From contig CACKSN010000004.1 of assembly GCA_902602845.1 (NCBI GenBank), positions 4,363 to 68,362 of the forward strand: a stretch of DNA of 64,000 nt. The letters run 5' to 3'. This document shows positions 10,397-17,216 of the stretch, in pieces. A program made the translations under genes and the position numbers. The DNA is from an uncultured Alphaproteobacteria bacterium. GTDB lineage: Bacteria > Pseudomonadota > Alphaproteobacteria > HIMB59 > GCA-002718135. The stretch's first letter is position 1, and every line of letters begins with the position of its first letter. Below the pieces are notes generated by a model. That model was not told the origin of the DNA. It saw nothing but the letters and a program-made list of their open reading frames with translations, and made no database searches.

Positions 10397-11207
10397 TGAA
10401 TTAACAATTTTAAATATTATTTCCTTTTTATTAATTTTTTTTATTGGGCTTCCTCATGGTTCATTTGATGGTGCAGTTGCCTCATTAGTTGGTTTTAGAA
10501 ATAGAATTCAATTTTTCCAATTCATCTTTTACTACCTTGCTTTATTTTTCTTAGTAATTTTATTTTGGATACATTTTCCCATTGTTGCTTTAACTATTTT
10601 TATAATAATGACAATTATTCATTTTGGTTTATGTGATTGGACAAACTTTAAAATTAATAATTTTAAATATTCTATAAGTTTTACTTATGGAATGACAATA
10701 ATCTTTGGTATTATATTCTTTAATGAAAATCAATCATTTTTGATATTTGAGTATCTGACTAATGATAAAGTTTATTTGATTCAAAAATACTTTTTTATTC
10801 CATATTGTTTAACGTTATTATCAATAGTATATTTCATTTATTTGTCTTTATATGAAAAAAAATTAAGAAAGGGGGTTTTGGAAATTTTATTCCTTCTACT
10901 AATTTTTTATTTTTTTGATCCGCTTTTGAGTTTTTCAATATATTTTTGTTTTTTTCATACTTACAAACATCTAAAACATTTGATCAAAAATATTTATTCA
11001 AACTTAACAAATAAAAAGTTTGTTATTTATTCAACATTAATTTTTACAGTAATCTCCTGGATTGGCGGTTTAGTAATTGTTTATTATTTGGTTCAAAATC
11101 TATCAATATATGAGTCAATATTAAAAGTAATTTTTATTGGACTCGCCGCATTAACCCTGCCTCATATGTTACTTGTTGATGTTGTTTACAGAAGAAGATT
11201 TAAATAA
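10389..11207 (+). CDS. blh: Beta-carotene 15,15'-dioxygenase (Brp/Blh), retinal synthesis
   Basis: Polytopic membrane protein with IGLPHGSFD, HFG, YFCFFHT..H, LAALTLPHM. Confidence 0.93.
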   Translation: MIDELTILNIISFLLIFFIGLPHGSFDGAVASLVGFRNRIQFFQFIFYYLALFFLVILFWIHFPIVALTIFIIMTIIHFGLCDWTNFKINNFKYSISFTYGMTIIFGIIFFNENQSFLIFEYLTNDKVYLIQKYFFIPYCLTLLSIVYFIYLSLYEKKLRKGVLEILFLLLIFYFFDPLLSFSIYFCFFHTYKHLKHLIKNIYSNLTNKKFVIYSTLIFTVISWIGGLVIVYYLVQNLSIYESILKVIFIGLAALTLPHMLLVDVVYRRRFK

Positions 11208-11261
11208 ACAATTTTTTCAAATATTGACTTATAAACTCAAAGTGATAATTGTGTTAATTAA

Positions 11262-11336
11262 GCGGGCGTAGCTCAGGGGTAGAGCGCAACCTTGCCAAGG
11301 TTGAAGTCGAGGGTTCGAATCCCTTCGCCCGCTCCA
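11262..11336 (+). tRNA. tRNA-Gly (anticodon GCC)
   Basis: GCGGGCG/CGCCCGC acceptor stem, D arm GCTC..GAGC, anticodon arm CAACC-TTGCCAA-GGTTG, T loop TTCGAAT, encoded CCA. A TTGACT promoter-like element lies at 11224. Confidence 0.98.
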
Positions 11337-11340
11337 AAAT

Positions 11341-11634
11341 CCCTTACAAACCACTAATTTTAAATTTGCTCCTGCAAATGTGAATTTAGCAAATAATGGC
11401 AATGAAGGACACGCTCATATTTATGTTAATGATGTAAAATACCGTCATTATTCACCATACTTTCATCTTTCAAATAACTTATTAAAAAAAGGTGAAAATG
11501 AAATTAAAGTGACCTTAAACTCGAATGACCATAGTCATCTTATGGCAAATGGAATGCCTTTAACTTTTGAAATAGAGTTAATGGCAGATGTTAAATACAA
11601 AATGAAAAAAGGTCATAAGCACAAAGAATATTAA
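11341..11634 (+). pseudogene. 5'-truncated His-rich hypothetical protein (NFKFAP...EGHAHIYV...FHL...VTLNSNDH type)
   Basis: The frame of ORF 11380-11634 reads upstream (PLQTTNFKFAPANVN) to the tRNA end with no RBS or signal peptide; looks like the C-terminal half of a putative metal-binding protein. Followed by a terminator. Confidence 0.55.
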
Positions 11635-11660
11635 AATTTTTCATTAAGTCCTCCCTTTTC

Positions 11661-11693
11661 TTGGGGTAGAAATTATTCTACCCCAATTTTTTT
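11661..11693 (+). terminator. Rho-independent terminator
   Basis: TTGGGGTAGAA-atta-TTCTACCCCAA followed by a T run. Confidence 0.85.
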
Positions 11694-11838
11694 AATCATT
11701 TTAAAAAAGAACTTTAGACAAATACTATTTCTTGCTATGCTAATCGTATAGCAAGAAGACGAAGAAGGTCATCAATAAACGCAAACAGAAGTATTTCGTA
11801 TTTAAGACTTCTCTGTGTCTCTTATTTTCAATTCAAAC

Positions 11839-11869
11839 TTCATTGAACATTCATTGAAAACTTCATTGA
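11839..11869 (+). repeat. Three direct TTCATTGA repeats, 11-12 bp period
   Basis: Copies at 11839, 11850 and 11862. Confidence 0.75.
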
Positions 11870-11900
11870 GAAAACCCTCTAATTTAAAAGCAATTTTATA

Positions 11901-11939
11901 TTGACTTTAATATTGTATGATGTTGTAATGTTATAACAT
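11901..11939 (+). promoter_or_regulatory. Sigma70-type promoter with overlapping palindrome upstream of the SaoD/DsrE gene
   Basis: TTGACT-17 bp-TGTAAT, then palindrome ATGTTATAACAT; AAGGAG RBS before the ATG at 11970. Confidence 0.6.
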
Positions 11940-11969
11940 AACATTTTTAATATAAAATAAGGAGATAAT

Positions 11970-12347
11970 ATGAAAGTCGCGTATGTATTTAGAAATAATA
12001 TGGCAAGCACTTTTCAACTTGCTACAATGATATTGCCACAACTGGAACAAAACTCCCACGTAGTAGATGTTGCTGGGATGTTTTTTTTTGACGATAACCT
12101 TTTTTGTCTAAAAAAAGGAGATCCTGTTGGTGAGAGATTATCAAAAATTGCTAATGAAAAAAAAATGCTATTAATGGTATGTGACCAGTGTGCTGTAAGA
12201 AGAGGTTTTGCTGATGGAACTTTAGAACAATGCGGAAGTGGAGATGTTAAAGCAAAAGGTTTAGTTGATGGTGTGGTAGCAGGATGTTTTCCACAATTAT
12301 ACACTGCTCTTGGATCAAATCCACCAGATCAAGTAATTACTCTTTAA
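11970..12347 (+). CDS. SaoD/DsrE-family sulfur-relay-like protein
   Basis: MKVAYVF...MILPQLE...GMFFFDDN...LLMVCDQCAVRR...GCFPQLY...PDQVITL; strong RBS. Confidence 0.8.
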   Translation: MKVAYVFRNNMASTFQLATMILPQLEQNSHVVDVAGMFFFDDNLFCLKKGDPVGERLSKIANEKKMLLMVCDQCAVRRGFADGTLEQCGSGDVKAKGLVDGVVAGCFPQLYTALGSNPPDQVITL

Positions 12348-12385
12348 AAATTCAAAAAAAAATAATAAAGTAAATTAATTTCTAT

Positions 12386-12410
12386 TGGTGGCATTTAATA
12401 GATGCCACCA
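12386..12410. terminator. Hairpin, probably a bidirectional terminator between convergent genes
   Basis: TGGTGGCAT / ATGCCACCA 9-bp perfect stem. Confidence 0.7.
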
Positions 12411-12411
12411 T

Positions 12412-12573
12412 TTAAATCTTACTCTGCACATATCTACGAATACTGCCTTCCACGATATTTGAGTATTTTCGCATATCTTTTTGTGCAACTTTTTTAAATT
12501 GTTCAAGTAATTCTTTATCTAAACATATAGTCATTAAAACTTTATTCTGTTTTATCTTCTGGTTTGTTTGCAT
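12412..12573 (-). CDS. Small ribbon-helix-helix (CopG/Arc-like) DNA-binding protein, 53 aa (not in ORF track)
   Basis: Manual translation MQTNQKIKQNKVLMTICLDKELLEQFKKVAQKDMRKYSNIVEGSIRRYVQSKI shows an alternating beta strand plus two amphipathic helices; alternative start at 12579. Confidence 0.7.
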   Translation of the reverse strand: MQTNQKIKQNKVLMTICLDKELLEQFKKVAQKDMRKYSNIVEGSIRRYVQSKI

Positions 12574-12619
12574 GAGCATTCATTTCATAATACTTTTTAA
12601 GAATACTATCTTTTGTAGT

Positions 12620-12669
12620 AACGACCATTTGGTCGTTTAACAAAGTTCAATATACTTTCAATATACTTT
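12620..12669. repeat. Palindrome AACGACCA-tt-TGGTCGTT plus tandem TTCAATATACT x2
   Basis: Palindrome at 12620-12637; 11-bp tandem repeat at 12646-12667, about 50 bp inside attR of island A. Confidence 0.7.
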
Positions 12670-12716
12670 GCGTAGTATTTGTTGCATTACTTGGGATAAT
12701 TGAAGCGAATGATGAA

Positions 12717-12740
12717 TTCGAATCCCTTCGCCCGCTCCAA
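12717..12740 (+). repeat. att-like direct repeat of tRNA-Gly 3' end (24 bp)
   Basis: TTCGAATCCCTTCGCCCGCTCCAA identical to 11314-11337. Confidence 0.95.
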
Positions 12741-12765
12741 TTTTAAGCGGGTTAGATTTAAACGC

Positions 12766-12783
12766 TCCACTTACGATCCAATA
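12766..12783 (+). repeat. Terminal direct repeat copy 1 (putative integrase arm-type site)
   Basis: TCCACTTACGATCCAATA, 17/18 identical to 13758-13775. Confidence 0.75.
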
Positions 12784-12814
12784 GAGCCAAACTTTTCCTA
12801 GAAAGAGAGAACTT

Positions 12815-12958
12815 ATGGCTACAATTCAAAAGCGTAAATACTTAAATAAAACTAGTTACCAAGTTCGCATAAGGCGATTGGGTATAAAGACCATTACAAA
12901 AAGTTTTATGAACCGAACCGACGCTAAACGTTGGGCAAGGCACATGTCCAAATTATAA
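12815..12958 (+). pseudogene. Tyrosine integrase N-terminal remnant (47 aa)
   Basis: MATIQKRKYLNKTSYQVRIRRLGIKTITKSFMNRTDAKRWARHMSKL matches the MATIRKR..YQVQIRRKG..SKTF..DA..WA N-terminus typical of phage/island integrases; adjacent to an att site; catalytic domain absent. Confidence 0.78.
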
Positions 12959-13021
12959 TTTCAACTAAATTTTAAATTAATTTGCAATTTAAACTAAATT
13001 AGTTTTAATCAACCAATATTT

Positions 13022-13336
13022 ATGAGAAGTCTAACTCTATTTTTTTGTATAATTTTTTTTTCAACAAGTTCCAATTCTAACACCTATGCACTAAAGATTA
13101 AAGAATATGGTCTTGCTGATTTAACAATCAAAGTTAAAGAATATGGTCTTGCAGATGAGACTTGGAAAGTAAAAGGAGCATGTACAGGAGCAATTTCATA
13201 TACTAGTGTTAAAATTAAAGAATACGGCACTGCAGATCTAACGGTAAAAATAAAATCTTACGGTCTAGCAGATAGAAAGGTTTGTATAAAAAATCCTAAT
13301 GATCTTCCTTATTGGTTTTTAAATATGATAGATTAA
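13022..13336 (+). CDS. Secreted repeat protein (KIKEYGLAD x4), resembling septoil (7_1) knot-domain proteins
   Basis: Signal peptide, then four K(I/V)K(E/S)YG(L/T)AD repeats in two pairs; two Cys in the mature part. Family resemblance is from memory. Confidence 0.65.
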   Translation: MRSLTLFFCIIFFSTSSNSNTYALKIKEYGLADLTIKVKEYGLADETWKVKGACTGAISYTSVKIKEYGTADLTVKIKSYGLADRKVCIKNPNDLPYWFLNMID

Positions 13337-13344
13337 CGTTAGGA

Positions 13345-13671
13345 TCACCAACACGTAGTTGTTGAATTAATATTATTTCCCCAAATAGAACCACTTGAAC
13401 TACAAGTTGTTGTCTGAGGAGTAAGAGATTGATTTAGTTGATCAAGCGAATTTGAAAGTTGTCTGTAAGCCTCAGCTTTTCTCTGAGCTCTTTGATTATC
13501 TAAATTCATTCTACATGTTCCATAAGCATCAGTACCTGGTTTGAAACCATAACCTTTACAAGTTGCGTCATCAGCTGCAATTCTTTTTCTATTGTTTTCA
13601 GCAATTTGTTCCGCAGATAAACATGAAAATAATATCTGGGTAAGAATAAAAATAATAAAAATTTTTTTCAC
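13345..13671 (-). CDS. Hypothetical lipoprotein
   Basis: Lipobox LFSC; DDATCKGYGFKPGTDAYGTCRMNL motif common in small proteobacterial lipoproteins; Cys-containing C-terminal tail. Confidence 0.7.
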   Translation of the reverse strand: MKKIFIIFILTQILFSCLSAEQIAENNRKRIAADDATCKGYGFKPGTDAYGTCRMNLDNQRAQRKAEAYRQLSNSLDQLNQSLTPQTTTCSSSGSIWGNNINSTTTCW

Positions 13672-13757
13672 AACAGAATTCTAACCAAAATTCTTAATTC
13701 TATCCAGCATAAAAAAAAAATTACATACTTTTTCTGTTATAATCTAAATAAATAAGA

Positions 13758-13775
13758 TCCACTTACAATCCAATA
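13758..13775 (+). repeat. Terminal direct repeat copy 2 (putative integrase arm-type site)
   Basis: TCCACTTACAATCCAATA. Confidence 0.75.
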
Positions 13776-13840
13776 CAATAATACTTTCTCACCAATTCTT
13801 TTTAGTTTCTTTAGGAAAAGGCCGATCTCAATTGTACATG

Positions 13841-13892
13841 GCAACCTTGCCAAGGTTGAAGTCGAGGGTTCGAATCCCTTCGCCCGCTCCAA
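13841..13892 (+). repeat. att-like direct repeat of tRNA-Gly 3' portion (52 bp, from anticodon stem to CCA)
   Basis: GCAACCTTGCCAAGGTTGAAGTCGAGGGTTCGAATCCCTTCGCCCGCTCCAA identical to 11286-11337; 5' acceptor and D arm absent. Confidence 0.96.
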
Positions 13893-14032
13893 TTTCCAAT
13901 TGCATCCTTAAATTTTAAATTCCATTTGCAATTAAATAGCAAAAAAGTTTTATACATTTTTGTTGCATGCTATAAAGATATTAAAGAAACTGAATAATTA
14001 AAAATATTTAATTTTTTCTAATTAATTTTTTT

Positions 14033-14713
14033 ATGATTATATCATTTAAACATAAATATATTTTTATTAAAAATAGAAAAGTTGCAGGCAGCTCTGTACA
14101 ATATATTTTAAAAAAATATTTATTTGATTTTGATATAGATATTTCATCACAGTTCAGACTTCATGATCATGAATTAGAAAAAAGCATGGAATTTGATAAA
14201 AAATATCTTGATAATATAAATATAGACTCTAATTTTGACCAACACGCAAGCTTTTTTGAAATCTGTGATTATCTGAAAATTAATCTAAATGAAGCTAAAA
14301 AAAACTTTTTCATATTCTGCATTGAAAGAAATTCTTACGACAAAGCAGTTTCATCATATGAATTTTCGAGAAAGAAAAAAAAACCAGATGGAACACTAAA
14401 ATGCCCATATCTAAAGAATTTTAGAGACATGTTTGATTATCCAAAACTAATTCCATCTGATTGGAATAAATACTCAAAGGAAAATCAAATTTTTGTAAAT
14501 CAAATATATCAGTTTGATCAACTAGACCAACTAATAAATGATTTAAATAAAAGATTTAATAATAAAATTCCCAAACAAGAATTAAACAATATAAAACTTA
14601 AATCTGGATATAGAGAATTTAATCAATATAAAAAATATTTTAATAATGAGACTAAAAATGCAGTTAATTATTTTTTTCAAAAAGAAATCCAATATTTTAA
14701 TTACAAATTTTAA
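14033..14713 (+). CDS. Sulfotransferase family 2-like protein
   Basis: IISFKHKYIFIKNRKVAGSSV PAPS-binding loop, RNSYDKAVSSY, C-terminal FQKEIQYFNYKF. Confidence 0.75.
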   Translation: MIISFKHKYIFIKNRKVAGSSVQYILKKYLFDFDIDISSQFRLHDHELEKSMEFDKKYLDNINIDSNFDQHASFFEICDYLKINLNEAKKNFFIFCIERNSYDKAVSSYEFSRKKKKPDGTLKCPYLKNFRDMFDYPKLIPSDWNKYSKENQIFVNQIYQFDQLDQLINDLNKRFNNKIPKQELNNIKLKSGYREFNQYKKYFNNETKNAVNYFFQKEIQYFNYKF

Positions 14714-15363
14714 GTTAATTTTTTAACTATTTCTCTTGCTAAAACTATTGATGGTAAGTTTGGATTAGTCTTTTTTAAAATTCCATATAAATGAGAAAAG
14801 TAAGCATCTGGTTTATTTTTTCTATTCCATCTATGATCTAGCCAATTTAATTTAACATTACTCACCTGAGTTAGTAAGTTTAATTCTTTACTATCTTCCC
14901 AAAGCGGATCATTTTTGAAATGATCTATCCAAATTTTTTTCGAAATATATTTTTGCATAATATCTCTTGAAACTTTATTTAAAGCAAAGACACCTGCATT
15001 GAACATTGGACGATTATTGAATTGCTTATTATAATAATTAGTCACAACATTAAATGAATCATTGCTAAGGTATTTAAAAATATTAGGCGATTTTGGCCAT
15101 GTAAAAACATCAGTATCCAAGTACAAAACATGTTCATATTCTTCTGTCCAATAATTATCAAATAATTGAAACCTCTCCCATGTAGGATGTTTAAAATTAA
15201 CTTTAGGTTCAGTAATCAATTTGTATTCAACATTATTTATCTTAGCATAGTGTTTGACTAGAATATGAGAGAGTCTCAGTACTTCATCAGACTGGGAATC
15301 TAGTCGGTGCTCTTCTTCCCAGCCTTTTTTGTTAATAGAAATTTGAACAATTAAATTTTTCAT
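14710..15363 (-). CDS. GT-A fold glycosyltransferase
   Basis: HPTWERF, VLYLDTDV (DxD), FNAGVF, LDHRWN, FSHLYG. Confidence 0.75.
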   Translation of the reverse strand: MKNLIVQISINKKGWEEEHRLDSQSDEVLRLSHILVKHYAKINNVEYKLITEPKVNFKHPTWERFQLFDNYWTEEYEHVLYLDTDVFTWPKSPNIFKYLSNDSFNVVTNYYNKQFNNRPMFNAGVFALNKVSRDIMQKYISKKIWIDHFKNDPLWEDSKELNLLTQVSNVKLNWLDHRWNRKNKPDAYFSHLYGILKKTNPNLPSIVLAREIVKKLT

Positions 15364-15635
15364 ATTTTACTTATTACATCATACAAGTAGGTCATTATAA
15401 TTTTGTTTTTGTAACAAGTAAAACATAAGCGTCATTAACATATCGAATTGGAATATAATTTTATATTTTTAGAAAATTGAGCTTTCTATAAAGAATATAA
15501 TTATAATCAATATCCTAACTATAATAATTAAATACCTTTATATCTTCCATATTATGATAACTAAAAAACTATATATTGAAATATATTAAATTAAAATGTT
15601 AAACATTTATAAGTTATTAAAACATTCTGAGGCTC

Positions 15636-16409
15636 ATGAATAATATTATTGATAATCCTGTTGTCCTATATACAGATCATTTTGTAAATAAATATCTATC
15701 AGATTGTTTTAGTACTGGTGCTCAAATTTCTAAAATTCATATTGATAATTTTAATGATTTTTCAAAAACAGTTGTTGTTTATGGTTATTTAAGGGGAACA
15801 GGGGATGCTATAAAAAAATCTAGGAATTTTTATTATATAGATCATGGATATTTTAAACAATCACAGCGGTCTTTTAAAGGTAAGCAGACCATCATTGATA
15901 AATTTGATGGTTATTTTAGAATAGTATATAATGATTTTTGGCATAGTGGAAAAGGTAATATGCCATCAGACAGATTTGAAAAACTCAATTTAAAATTTAA
16001 AACAAAAAAAAATGATGGAGAATTTATAATTCTATCTGAACCTATTGATGCTGCAAAAAAATATTACAATTTACATAATTGGCTTGAAGAAACACTTTTA
16101 AAATTAAAAAACCTTACAGATAGAAAAATTTTTGTACACAGTAGAGAATCAAATATTCCTCTGAAAGCAATTTTACCAAAAGCTTGGGCGTTTGTAAGTG
16201 ATCATTCAAGTGCTGGTTTCTTGTCAATGCTAGAGGGTGTTCCGGCTTATTTTACAAATACTACTTTAAGCAATATTGGGCCAATAGAAAAAATAGAGGA
16301 CCATGAAATTAATTATAATGCATTTTACAATTTGGCTTACGAACAATGGACAATAGACGAAATAAAAAGTGGTGAAACTTGGGATTATTTGAAAAATAAA
16401 AGTTATTAA
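15636..16409 (+). CDS. Hypothetical protein, capsule-biosynthesis/GT-B-like
   Basis: YGYLRGTG, YYIDHGYF, AWAFVSDHSSAGFLSMLEGVP, LAYEQWTIDEIKSG; resembles KpsS/KpsC-like folds. Confidence 0.55.
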   Translation: MNNIIDNPVVLYTDHFVNKYLSDCFSTGAQISKIHIDNFNDFSKTVVVYGYLRGTGDAIKKSRNFYYIDHGYFKQSQRSFKGKQTIIDKFDGYFRIVYNDFWHSGKGNMPSDRFEKLNLKFKTKKNDGEFIILSEPIDAAKKYYNLHNWLEETLLKLKNLTDRKIFVHSRESNIPLKAILPKAWAFVSDHSSAGFLSMLEGVPAYFTNTTLSNIGPIEKIEDHEINYNAFYNLAYEQWTIDEIKSGETWDYLKNKSY

Positions 16410-16463
16410 TCAACCAAATATTTATTTGTGGAAGTATTATTTTTTATATAAATTTAGATTTCA

Positions 16464-17216
16464 ATGACTCAAAAATCAAAAATCAAAAGTGTGGGGCTTA
16501 TACCAGTCCGACTTAATTCAAATAGGCTTTTTAGAAAAGCAATTCTAGAAATTGATAAGATGCCCATGGTTATTCATACATATAAAAGGGCAATGTTATC
16601 AAAAAAACTTAGTGAAGTTTATATTTGTACAGACAGTAATGAAATAATTGCAATTTGTAAAAAATACAAATGTAAGTTTATCAAAACAGGAAAGGCAAAT
16701 ACTGGCACTGATCGAATAAGCAAGGCAATGAATAATCTAAAAAAACATTATGATTTATACATTGATATACAAGGAGATGAGCCATTGGTAGATCCTAAGC
16801 ATATAGATAAAGTAATTGATTGGCATACAAAAAATCTTTCATATGATATCGTTGTACCCTCACTTAAATCCAAAAATATAGATACTCCACATATTGTAAA
16901 GATTGTTAAATCAAAAAAGAAAGTATTATATTTTTCTAGATCTTTAGTTCCCAATCCATTTAAAAAAAATAATAAATTTTACTACAAGCATCTATCAGTA
17001 ATTTCTTTTAAACCAGATTGCTTAAAGAAATTTAAAACATTACCAGAAAGTCCACTTGAAAAAATAGAAGGAATAGAGCTTATGAGAGCTTTGGAAAACA
17101 ATATGTTAATTGGGACATTTAACCTAGAGGGAGCAAGTTTTTCAGTTGATACAAAAGATGACTTTTTAAAAGCGATTAAATTTATGAATATTGATAAAAT
17201 AAGGCACAAATATTGA
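16464..17216 (+). CDS. kdsB: 3-deoxy-manno-octulosonate cytidylyltransferase (CMP-Kdo synthetase family)
   Basis: LIPVRLNSNRL..K, TGTDRI, IQGDEP, LYFSRS, LEKIEGIELMRALEN, SVDT. Confidence 0.85.
   Translation: MTQKSKIKSVGLIPVRLNSNRLFRKAILEIDKMPMVIHTYKRAMLSKKLSEVYICTDSNEIIAICKKYKCKFIKTGKANTGTDRISKAMNNLKKHYDLYIDIQGDEPLVDPKHIDKVIDWHTKNLSYDIVVPSLKSKNIDTPHIVKIVKSKKKVLYFSRSLVPNPFKKNNKFYYKHLSVISFKPDCLKKFKTLPESPLEKIEGIELMRALENNMLIGTFNLEGASFSVDTKDDFLKAIKFMNIDKIRHKY

Larger units (their letters stand above)
11337..12740. mobile_element. Mini genomic island A integrated in tRNA-Gly (no integrase; bounded by 24-bp attR)
   Basis: Lies between the intact tRNA and a direct copy of its T-loop-to-CCA end; carries a 5'-truncated gene, a SaoD/DsrE-like gene, an RHH gene and tandem 11-bp repeats. 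Confidence 0.8.
12741..13892. mobile_element. Mini genomic island B integrated in tRNA-Gly (integrase stub; bounded by 52-bp attR)
   Basis: Integrase N-terminal remnant at the left end, two small exported-protein genes, 18-bp direct repeats near both ends, tRNA 3'-half duplication at the right end. Confidence 0.82.

Noticed and set aside
13841-13892. Second tRNA-Gly gene
   Set aside because: Lacks the 5' acceptor strand and D arm; it is an att duplication, not a functional tRNA.
11314-13892. CRISPR-like array from the three copies of TTCGAATCCCTTCGCCCGCTCCA
   Set aside because: Copies are more than 1 kb apart, derive from the tRNA, and there are no cas genes.
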